Shown here: positions 1 through 7,408 of the stretch, in pieces
Layout: each line of letters opens with the position of its first letter
How positions within the stretch are numbered: the stretch's first letter is position 1
NCBI GenBank assembly: GCA_045114665.1
Contig: JBGUKW010000076.1
Coordinates: forward strand, 1 to 44,046
DNA from: Candidatus Xenobia bacterium
Lineage (GTDB): Bacteria > Vulcanimicrobiota > CADAWZ01
Direction of reading: 5' to 3'
DNA length: 44,046 nt
Notes under the pieces: model-generated
Seen by the model: the letters and a program-made list of their open reading frames with translations, nothing else
The model's database searches: none
What the model was told of the DNA's origin: nothing
Program-made: the position numbers and the translations under genes

Positions 1-25
1 AGCCCCATTTCTGAGGCTTAGACTT

Positions 26-86
26 GTGAAGCAACAGCTACTTTCCAATCAGAAGATGGTCGGTCTTTAGCCGAGCATAGCTTCAC
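26..86 (-). repeat. Copy 1 of a ~57-nt conserved 3'-flank element (copy 2 at 43080..43135)
   Basis: The reverse complement of 26..86 aligns by eye with 43080..43135 at roughly 50 of 57 positions, with one 1-nt indel. It is bounded by a 7-bp stem, GTGAAGC (26-32) / GCTTCAC (80-86). It lies 31 nt past the stop of minus-strand gene 118..1035. Confidence 0.55.
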
Positions 87-117
87 ATTTACAAATAAAG
101 AGTGTCTATTTGTTGTT

Positions 118-1035
118 TTATAAACTTATTGCTTTAATATCAGCAAGACTAAGATTGGTTATTTGCATTATTTTTTCTATAGGAAATCCATCTTTTAACA
201 TTCTTTTAGCCATTTCTAAAAAAGCATTAGCCATTCCGATTTTTTCGCCCTCGGCTCTTCCGATCTTTTCTCCCTCGGCTCTTGCTTCTTTTTCAATGTC
301 TCTTAAATGTAAATCGTATTGCATATAAGCTCCCCTCTCTTTCTCATCTTTTTTTATTTGATTGATTTTATCTTCAATTTGATTGACAAAAGAATTTTCT
401 GTCTTTATTCCGTCTATGTACTTCAAAAGTGCCTGAAAATCTTCACTTAAATTTTCTTTATTCTTACATTTTGTTGTTATAAAAATTTTAGTAACATCGT
501 CTTTTAACTGGATAGATTTGTCTTCTTCACAGAAATTTTTAAATGTATATATTGACCTTTCACTATCAAAAATCGTGAAAGGACAAATAAAAACTATAAA
601 TAATTTGTTTAGGTCTTTGTAATCGTGACCAACTTTAAGCAAATAAGAATCAATCATTGCTTCATAATAACGAAATCTTTTTGCAAATTCTTCTTCCCCT
701 AAAGAAGTCATCTGCATTTCAATATTATAAACAATTCCATCTTCATCTTTTAAATAGACATCAAGACGAATACCTTTACTGTCATAAAGTTCTTTCACTA
801 CTTCTTCAGTTTTGATATAAGCAATATCTTTTATCTTAATCCCCAAAATAATCTGCACAAATCTAAGGCAAATATCTTTTTCCGTCATTATTCTTTTGAA
901 GAGATAATCATCTTGAATTGTCAACTCTTCAAAAGTTTTTCTCTTCCTTGTTGTAGTTGTTTCTTCTTCTGTCTTTCCTGCTGTTGTTACAGAAATTTTT
1001 GGGCTTTCTTTTTCCTTATTTACATCTTTAGGCAT
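118..1035 (-). CDS. Rpn-family recombination-promoting nuclease / PD-(D/E)XK putative transposase (YhgA-like)
   Basis: 305-aa ORF. The N-terminal half matches the family pattern (DDYLFKRIM...FVQIILG...IRLDVYLKD..G..YNIEMQ). The helical C-terminal domain follows an (RAEGEKIG)x2 repeat. An AGGAG-like RBS lies upstream. Confidence 0.85.
   Translation of the reverse strand: MPKDVNKEKESPKISVTTAGKTEEETTTTRKRKTFEELTIQDDYLFKRIMTEKDICLRFVQIILGIKIKDIAYIKTEEVVKELYDSKGIRLDVYLKDEDGIVYNIEMQMTSLGEEEFAKRFRYYEAMIDSYLLKVGHDYKDLNKLFIVFICPFTIFDSERSIYTFKNFCEEDKSIQLKDDVTKIFITTKCKNKENLSEDFQALLKYIDGIKTENSFVNQIEDKINQIKKDEKERGAYMQYDLHLRDIEKEARAEGEKIGRAEGEKIGMANAFLEMAKRMLKDGFPIEKIMQITNLSLADIKAISL
238..285 (-). repeat. 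24-bp tandem duplication inside the rpn-like CDS
   Basis: GATTTTTTCGCCCTCGGCTCTTCC / GATCTTTTCTCCCTCGGCTCTTGC are in frame and encode RAEGEKIG twice. Confidence 0.85.
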
Positions 1036-1076
1036 ACTTCAACTCCTTCTTATTATACCATAATTGGATAACTAAA

Positions 1077-1162
1077 ATCAAGTTTGTAATTCATTTATAA
1101 CACGCCGTTATTACAATTTATGCCTAAATTTTGTTAAAAAAATCGCATTTTTGTTAATTTTT
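1077..1162 (-). promoter_or_regulatory. Conserved upstream block shared with the recA upstream region (34352..34438); contains the palindrome ATAAC-N5-GTTAT
   Basis: About 75% identity by eye over ~85 nt. The sub-blocks TTTATAACACGCCRTTATTA and ATTTTGTTAAAAA are near-identical. The palindrome is at 1097..1111. Confidence 0.5.
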
Positions 1163-1248
1163 TTATTTTTGTTTTGAAAGGACTAAAAGAAGAAATGGAA
1201 AAAATAAATTAGCAGAATAATTTGATTTATTTTATAGGTAATAACATT

Positions 1249-1602
1249 ATGACGGTGAAAGAAGCTATTGAATATATAATTTCAAAATCCAAAGACGATG
1301 AATCACTGCTTACAGATACAAAGCGTTTTTGGGCTTTTTTGATTGATTTAGCTCCTGAACATAGGAAAGAATTGAATGTCATAAAAAGAAGTTTAGATTC
1401 TAAATTTTTAACTCTTTGTTTTAAAGATAAAGAAGATATAAAACGAAGAGTGTTAAAAATGAAGTTTAGGCTTGAAGACCAAGGTTTAGATAAAAATTGG
1501 ATAGATTTTATTATTGATTCATTTTTTACTCCTTTGGGGTGGATGCCTCCAAAAGATGAAGAAGAAACTTCACAGGCACAGAAGCAACAAATACAGAGTT
1601 AA
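1249..1602 (+). CDS. Hypothetical protein; probably the N-terminal cytoplasmic part of an interrupted membrane-anchored protein
   Basis: Frame-1 ORF. ATG at 1249 is preferred over the TTG at 1222. It ends at a TAA (1600) inside the tandem repeat, and the same frame continues into 2035..2511. Confidence 0.5.
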   Translation: MTVKEAIEYIISKSKDDESLLTDTKRFWAFLIDLAPEHRKELNVIKRSLDSKFLTLCFKDKEDIKRRVLKMKFRLEDQGLDKNWIDFIIDSFFTPLGWMPPKDEEETSQAQKQQIQS

Positions 1603-1790
1603 CAGAGACAGAATCAGCAAACACAGTATCAACAAACACAGAATTAACAAATACAGAGTCAGCAGGCACAGAATCAACAAACACAAAAACAACAAACACA
1701 GAATCAGCAAATACAGAAACAACAAACACAAAAACAGCAAACACAGAAACAACAGACACAGAAACAACAAATACAGAAAAATCAACAGAT
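1578..1790 (+). repeat. 15-bp tandem repeat, about 14 units (consensus ACAGAATCAGCAAAC)
   Basis: Units were read directly from the sequence and are in phase with frame 3 (T-E-x-x-N pentapeptides). The repeat creates several artefactual ORFs on both strands. Confidence 0.9.
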
Positions 1791-2034
1791 AAATCCAAGT
1801 ACAGGAAGTAAGAAGCAAAAAATAGTAGGTTATATTGTTATAATTTTAGTAGTATTATTTGTTTTATCTATTATAATTAGTAATTCAAATAATAATTATA
1901 ATCAAACAAATAATAATTATAATCAAAGAGAGAAAATAGAAACAAAAGAAATTTCATTAGCAAATGTTGGCGATTATATAAAATTTGGCAATTATCCCCA
2001 GACAGCAGAAGGTGAAGAAAAGCCCATTGAATGG

Positions 2035-2511
2035 TTGGTACTGTCAAAAGAAAATAACAAAATGTTTGTAATTTCTCGTTATGGTCTTGACGCAAAGCGT
2101 TTTGACAGTCGTTCAAATGTTTGGTCAAATAGTGAAATTCGTGAGTGGTTGAATGGTGAATTTTATAATCAGGCATTTACAGATCAGGAAAAGAAATCTA
2201 TAAATCTTTCTAATCTTTCAGATGTTGGCACAAGTGATAATGTTTTTTTGTTGAGTAAAGAAGAGGCAGAAAAATATTTTGCTAATGATTATGAGAGAAG
2301 ATGTAGAGCTACTGAATATGCCGTTAAAAATGGTGCTTATGTAGTTGAGTATGGGGATTATGCAGGTTATAGTTATTGGTGGCTTCGTTCTCCTAATCCT
2401 AATGTTAGTAATTATGTCTATTATGTTTACTATGCTGGCTTTATCGACTATTACAACAATGTTTACTTTGATTGTATTCTCGCTCGACCGGCTTTATTTA
2501 TTAATCTTTAA
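2035..2511 (+). CDS. DUF6273-like domain protein (C-terminal part of the interrupted gene)
   Basis: The motifs EWLVL...SRYGLD...W..SEIR.WLN..F...F, LLS.EE and YWWLRSP...ARPALFINL are typical of this extracellular domain family. TTG at 2035 is only the first permitted start, and the domain begins upstream of it. Confidence 0.6.
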   Translation: MVLSKENNKMFVISRYGLDAKRFDSRSNVWSNSEIREWLNGEFYNQAFTDQEKKSINLSNLSDVGTSDNVFLLSKEEAEKYFANDYERRCRATEYAVKNGAYVVEYGDYAGYSYWWLRSPNPNVSNYVYYVYYAGFIDYYNNVYFDCILARPALFINL

Positions 2512-2644
2512 TCTGCGTCTTTAGGCACTTAATCTTAAATAGATAATAATTTAGCTAAAAATAATGCAATTTATTTAGTGATTAAAAAGGGATTATATTT
2601 AACTATTATTTTTTTCTCGGCTTTTGCCGAGTCGATTTTGTAGA

Positions 2645-2979
2645 AAATTAAATAATTAGTTGGGGTTGGTAATATACCCAAATAACCTCTATTTAGAAGC
2701 GATGTCATTGCGAGGGAGCAGTGCGACCGTGGCAATCTCAATCACTTAATTTAAATGTAGTAATTTATTAAATAGATCACGCTGAAAATTTTAAAAAATA
2801 ATCGATCGACTTAATTTTCAAACAAATAATAATATTTACAGGCTTAGATTGCCACGACTTCCCCCTTGTGGGGATTGTTTTTTAAAAACTCTTTAGAGTT
2901 TTTAACTATTTTCTGAGCCTCGCAATGACCTCCCCTATACACAGCTCCTGTTTTGGTAGATTTTAAAATAGTAATTAAC
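2645..2979 (+). mobile_element. MITE-like nested inverted-repeat element, copy A (degenerate ends)
   Basis: Shares the modules CTATTTAGAAGCGATGTCATTGCGAGGGAGC.GTGCGACCGTGGCAATCTCA and AGATTGCCACG...CTGAGCCTCGCAATGAC with copies B, C and D. No coding capacity. Confidence 0.65.
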
Positions 2980-3013
2980 TGAATAAGGCGTTAAATAGGA
3001 TTATATTTGAATA

Positions 3014-3697
3014 ATGATTACAGACGAAATTAGAAATAAACTTTTTACTTTACAGGACAAAAAATATCGTGATTTTCAATCAAAATTAATTCCAACTGTA
3101 GCTATTGACAATGTTATTGGTGTAAGGACACCAGAACTGAGAAAATATGCAAAAGAATTATCAAAGAGGGGAGATATAAAAGATTTTTTAAATGTACTTC
3201 CACATAAATATTTTGATGAAAATCAGCTTCAGGCTTTTATCGTCTCTGAGATAAAGGACTTTGATTTGTGTATCAAAGAGGTTTGTCGTTTCCTTCCGTT
3301 TGTCGATAATTGGGCTACTTGTGATCAAATGTCTCCCAAGATATTTAAAAAACATCATTCCGAACTGCTTAAATACATAAAAGAATGGCTATCTTCTGAT
3401 AAAACATATGTTGTCAGATTTGCTATAGGAATGTTAATGGAACATTTCTTAAATGAAGATTTTGATATTACTTATCCAGAGAGAATTACAAAAATTAAAT
3501 CAAATGAATATTATGTCAATATGATGATTGCTTGGTATTTTGCTACTGCACTTGCAAAACAATATAATTTGGTGCTTCCTTTTATAGAGAATAAACGCTT
3601 GGATAGTTGGACACATAATAAGACGATTCAGAAGGCTATTGAAAGCAATAGAATTACAGATGAACAAAAAGCATATCTTAAAAGATTGAAAGTGTAG
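3014..3697 (+). CDS. DNA alkylation repair protein (AlkD/YhaZ-like HEAT-repeat family)
   Basis: 227 aa. The N-terminus matches the family pattern (L..L.D..YRDFQSKLIP......IGVRTPELRK.AK), as do the W-rich helical repeats (DNWATCD, VRFAIGML). Confidence 0.7.
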   Translation: MITDEIRNKLFTLQDKKYRDFQSKLIPTVAIDNVIGVRTPELRKYAKELSKRGDIKDFLNVLPHKYFDENQLQAFIVSEIKDFDLCIKEVCRFLPFVDNWATCDQMSPKIFKKHHSELLKYIKEWLSSDKTYVVRFAIGMLMEHFLNEDFDITYPERITKIKSNEYYVNMMIAWYFATALAKQYNLVLPFIENKRLDSWTHNKTIQKAIESNRITDEQKAYLKRLKV

Positions 3698-3802
3698 GCG
3701 GTGGGTAAACTTTATTGTTACATATTCATTAGGGGGAAAAAATAGGCAAAAAGAGAAAATAACATAGATTTATTATTAAAATTTACTTCAGAGGATAAAA
3801 AA

Positions 3803-4975
3803 TTGGCTGTTGAAAAAGATAAAGCGGTTTTATTTGTGAGCAATGGATATGGTGAAGATTCTATTGCTTTGAGCATTTTGCGTGAAATTAAATTACAATC
3901 TCCTGATGTCAAGATATATGCACTTCCCATTGTAGGAAATGGTGGTTCTTATGAAACTGAAGATTGCGAAATTTTGGGCTCTCGTACAGCCATGCCTTCT
4001 GGAGGCGTAATACCTGGCAATTTTGGAAATCTTAAAAAAGATTTATCAAGTGGTCTCATAAAATTGACATTTGAACAGATTGGAATAATAAAAAAATACT
4101 CAAAACTTTCTTTTGCTTCTGTTTCAATAGGTGATATATATCCAGCGATATTGTTATCTCTTTTTGCAAAAAATTCAAGAGTGATGATTGCAACGGCTAA
4201 GTCAAATTATGTTTCTCCTCACAATAAATTTGAAGAATTTATCATGAAAACTTTTTTTAAAAAGGTTTTTGTGAGAGATAATCCAACTGCAGAATATTTG
4301 AAAAAAAATGGTGTATCAAATGCTCTTTATGTTGGAAATGCAATGATGGATTGCTTAGAACCTGATGGTATTGACTTTAAAGTGAATAAGGAAAATTTAT
4401 TTGCTGTTTTACCAGGTAGTAGAAAATCTGCATTTATTGACATGCCAGTAATTGCAGATGCTATCTCAATTATATCGGATAAAATAGAAGATTCATCATT
4501 TGTTTCAGTTGTTCCAAAATCAATAGATTTACATGAACTTGTAAAAGTTTGTTCTGATGATTGGCAATTTGAAGAAGAAAAAGATGATTTTTGTGTAGGT
4601 AAGATGTCAAATAAAAAAAATAAGATTGTTGTCAAGTTTTATAATAGGGGAATGGCAGACCTTTTGAGAACTTGTAAATTGGTCATAGGACAGGCAGGAA
4701 CAGCAAATGAACAGGCAACAGGACTTGGTAAGCCTGTTGTTGCTTTTGATTCTTTTTCAGATGATAAAATGGGTTGGTATAGAAAAAGACAGAAATGTCT
4801 TTTAGGTGAGGCTGTCAGTGTTGTAAAGAAGAATCCTTCTGAAGTCTCTGATATGGTTTTTAAAATATTGAATGATTCTGAATTATATAAAAAAATGGCT
4901 GAAGAAGGAAAAAATAGATTAGGGCTTCCTGGTGGGGCTAAAAAAATGGCAGAATCAATTTTATCGCTTAAATAA
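3803..4975 (+). CDS. Lipid-A-disaccharide synthase-related protein (LpxB-like glycosyltransferase fold)
   Basis: 390 aa. The N-terminus (LFVSNGYGEDSIA...ALPIVGNGGSY) and C-terminus (GQAGTANEQATGLGKPVV) resemble the TIGR03492-type family as I remember it. TTG start with an AGAGGA RBS. Confidence 0.5.
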   Translation: MAVEKDKAVLFVSNGYGEDSIALSILREIKLQSPDVKIYALPIVGNGGSYETEDCEILGSRTAMPSGGVIPGNFGNLKKDLSSGLIKLTFEQIGIIKKYSKLSFASVSIGDIYPAILLSLFAKNSRVMIATAKSNYVSPHNKFEEFIMKTFFKKVFVRDNPTAEYLKKNGVSNALYVGNAMMDCLEPDGIDFKVNKENLFAVLPGSRKSAFIDMPVIADAISIISDKIEDSSFVSVVPKSIDLHELVKVCSDDWQFEEEKDDFCVGKMSNKKNKIVVKFYNRGMADLLRTCKLVIGQAGTANEQATGLGKPVVAFDSFSDDKMGWYRKRQKCLLGEAVSVVKKNPSEVSDMVFKILNDSELYKKMAEEGKNRLGLPGGAKKMAESILSLK

Positions 4976-5121
4976 TTTTGTAATATTACATTTTTGTTAC
5001 TAAATATTTACAAAATTGACATTTACTTTAAATTTTTTTTGTTATATAATATATCTTAATTTAAGATATTTATTGTAAATTTTACAAATTAAAAACAATA
5101 TATAGTTGAGGAACAAAGAAT

Positions 5122-6033
5122 ATGATTATAAATTCAAATATGATGGGAGTAACTGGTGGAGTTTCAAATGCTGATTTTGTTAGAAATGCACAGCATGTTG
5201 GAATGCAAAAAACTAATGGTGTAAAAGCAGATAATGAAGAACCTAAAAATACTCAATCATCTGATTCTGTTTCTATTTCTTTTAATCAACAAACAGAGGA
5301 ATCAAAAGAAACTGGAAAATCACAAGAAAATGGAAAGGCTAATTCTGCTTCAAGTACAGGAACTGCTAAGGAAACAGATCAGACACAAAATGCAGGTCAA
5401 GCCAAAGATTCTTCCAGTGCTAAAGAAAATAATTCAACTCCAATAAATCTTGGCTCATCATCTTCACCAGCAGCTGGCGAGTTAGATTTTAATGAAGGAG
5501 CAATAGGTTCTAATTTATTAAGTGGTGAAACATCAGGTGAGACATCAACATCTACAGACCTTGTTCCTGTTAATGGCGGTTCTGGAAATGGTGGTTCTGG
5601 TTCAACAGCTCTTGTTCCTGTTACAGATGGATCTGGAACAGCTCTTGTTCCTGTTGGTGATTCATGCACAGATGTTATTCCTGTTGTTGAAGGTGAAGTA
5701 GTTGAGGACGGTACTGTAGATTTCAATGAGGGTATGCCAGGTGCTGATACAGAATCAGCAACTTCATCAGTTGAGGATATGCAAGCTCAACTTGATCAAC
5801 AAGTAAAAGACCTTGAAGCATTTAAAGCACTCCAATCAAGTTGGGAACAGATTGAGGCAGCTTGGGTTGAAATGATGACGGCAAGAGAAAAACATATGGC
5901 TGAAATGTGGAAGATGATTCAAGATACTCAAAATGCAATTTATGAAATGTTCCAACAGACAATTCAAGCAGAAGCTGCAACTCGTGATAGAGTATTCATG
6001 GGATGGGATATGGCTATAAATGGTGGCAGATAA
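5122..6033 (+). CDS. Hypothetical low-complexity protein (S/T/G/E-rich, LVPV repeats, helical C-terminus)
   Basis: 303-aa ORF with a GAGGA RBS. No signal peptide. (T)ALVPV occurs three or four times. A terminator follows. Confidence 0.6.
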   Translation: MIINSNMMGVTGGVSNADFVRNAQHVGMQKTNGVKADNEEPKNTQSSDSVSISFNQQTEESKETGKSQENGKANSASSTGTAKETDQTQNAGQAKDSSSAKENNSTPINLGSSSSPAAGELDFNEGAIGSNLLSGETSGETSTSTDLVPVNGGSGNGGSGSTALVPVTDGSGTALVPVGDSCTDVIPVVEGEVVEDGTVDFNEGMPGADTESATSSVEDMQAQLDQQVKDLEAFKALQSSWEQIEAAWVEMMTAREKHMAEMWKMIQDTQNAIYEMFQQTIQAEAATRDRVFMGWDMAINGGR

Positions 6034-6063
6034 TAATCTATATATTCACAGTTAGCAAAAATT

Positions 6064-6097
6064 GGTTGTGAAAATCTTTCACAGCCAGTTTTTTTTT
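6064..6097 (+). terminator. Rho-independent terminator
   Basis: GGTTGTGAAA-atc-TTTCACAGCC stem followed by a T9 run. Confidence 0.8.
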
Positions 6098-6168
6098 GTA
6101 TTGCAATATATAAAATAAGCATTACAGAGATTTTCTGCAATGCTTATTTTATCTATTGACAATGAAGT

Positions 6169-7362
6169 TTATTTTGCTTCTTCAGATTTTACTTCTTCCT
6201 TTTTTTCTTCTGTTGCTGGTTTTGCTTCAGCTGTTTTGGGCTTAAAGAAGAGAGGAATTGTCAAGAAGAATATAGCAAAGATGATGATTCCTGCACCAAC
6301 TGCTTCTTCAGGTTTTACATTTATTTTTCCTGTTGTCAAAAATGTTACAGTAGCTGTTGCAAGAAGTCCTGCTATAATACTTGAACATCTATTTACTGGA
6401 ACAGTGTATGTATTCTCATTTTTATCGAGGAGAATAAGTCCACCGAAGATTCCGTTTCCTGCAGAGAAAACACCGATTAGGAATACCATAATAGGAACTA
6501 TTGGGGTAAAGTTTGTGAATATAGTTGTTATTCCAGCATGTAATTCTTGACCAAATTTCCAATCTGGAGTGAATCCGCCAATTATAGCAAGAATTAAAAC
6601 CATTATAAAGAGTGAAGGACTTGATACAAGTTGTTCTCTTACGAAATATCTTGTGTTTGTCTCAGGGTCTTTTGATTTTGCTTTTTTGCTCATTAAGCTA
6701 AGTCTTCCGAAATATGCAGAAAGATAAACACAAAGGTTTGTTATACAGGCACCTTGTGCTTCAAGAGTATTACCAAATGCTCCTAAAAGATCAAATGTTT
6801 TTCCATGTTGTTTCATCCAAAATGTTACTATGAGTGATACAAGACTGAGTATCATTCCAATCCAAGAGAACCATCTGACAGTTCTTTTGTTTAACATATC
6901 AATTACTGGAGTTAAAAGCAAAAGTCCGCCTCTCATTAATAACATGATGAAGATAATTGACACACCTGTAAATGTGTATGCAAGTGTTGTTGTTACAATT
7001 ATGAGAGAACTGCAAAGACCAGAACCAAGAGTTGGAAGATCTGGACCAGGGACATTTAATGGACCAACTTTGTAATATTTTGCATATCCCCAAAGTCCTC
7101 TGAATGTCAAAAATAGGTATGCACCTATTACTGAAGCAAAAACAGATAGAGGAAGAACTTCAGGACCAGGTAATCCTTGACAGATTCCTCTGAGCCAGTG
7201 ATCATTTGCAAGCTCTGTTGGCAATTTATTATCTGTTACAAGTTTTGTGATAGCACTATATGGCCAATATGCTGCGAAATAACCGAAAGCAAATAGCCAA
7301 ATTCCATATTTATCCATAAAGCTCTTTTGAGCTTCTGTGGCTTCTTTTTTTTCTTCAGCCAT
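6169..7362 (-). CDS. Integral membrane protein (about 10 TM segments), function unknown
   Basis: 397 aa with many hydrophobic segments and K/E-rich N- and C-terminal tails. Same strand as the NAPRT gene and downstream of it. Confidence 0.7.
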   Translation of the reverse strand: MAEEKKEATEAQKSFMDKYGIWLFAFGYFAAYWPYSAITKLVTDNKLPTELANDHWLRGICQGLPGPEVLPLSVFASVIGAYLFLTFRGLWGYAKYYKVGPLNVPGPDLPTLGSGLCSSLIIVTTTLAYTFTGVSIIFIMLLMRGGLLLLTPVIDMLNKRTVRWFSWIGMILSLVSLIVTFWMKQHGKTFDLLGAFGNTLEAQGACITNLCVYLSAYFGRLSLMSKKAKSKDPETNTRYFVREQLVSSPSLFIMVLILAIIGGFTPDWKFGQELHAGITTIFTNFTPIVPIMVFLIGVFSAGNGIFGGLILLDKNENTYTVPVNRCSSIIAGLLATATVTFLTTGKINVKPEEAVGAGIIIFAIFFLTIPLFFKPKTAEAKPATEEKKEEVKSEEAK

Positions 7363-7408
7363 TTTTTTTGTCCTTTCTGATTTTGTTTTATTGTCTTTAA
7401 CATTAAAT

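Larger units (their letters stand above)
1249..2511 (+). pseudogene. Single frame-1 gene (N-domain, repeat linker, TM anchor, DUF6273-like ectodomain) interrupted by two in-frame TAA codons (1600, 1645)
   Basis: Frame 1 is open from 1249 to 2511 except for the TAA codons at 1600-1602 and 1645-1647. A signal-anchor (KKQKIVGYIVIILVVLFVLSIIIS, about 1810-1880) and the start of the ectodomain (GDYIKFGNYPQ...PIEWLVL) have no ATG/GTG/TTG start of their own. Confidence 0.5.

Noticed and set aside
1600-1647. TAA reassigned to glutamine (the two in-frame TAA codons sit where other repeat units have CAA/CAG)
   Set aside because: TAA ends many well-supported genes in this same window, for example ispG at 12889-12891 and the genes ending at 4975 and 6033. 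Genome-wide recoding is therefore not tenable.
1514-1818. Three long ORFs (1514..1792 plus strand; 1526..1798 and 1570..1818 minus strand) with repetitive HR/NK, VF/SV or LC/LL translations
   Set aside because: They are by-products of the 15-bp tandem repeat being open in several frames. They have no RBS, extreme low-complexity composition, and they overlap one another.
2035-2511. Diversity-generating retroelement target (the C-terminal YWWLRSP... segment resembles lectin-fold variable regions)
   Set aside because: The window contains no reverse transcriptase, no template repeat matching the 3' end of the gene, and no adenine-specific mismatch pattern.
5016-5050. TTGACA ... TATAAT promoter for 5122..6033
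   Set aside because: The spacing between the hexamers is 23 nt, too long for a standard sigma-70 promoter. It was not reported as a feature.
6140-6550. Antisense shadow ORFs (also 32230..32607, 36602..37090, 41136..41501, 43148..43723, 14047..14457 and similar)
   Set aside because: Each lies entirely opposite a strongly supported gene, has biased low-complexity composition and has no RBS.
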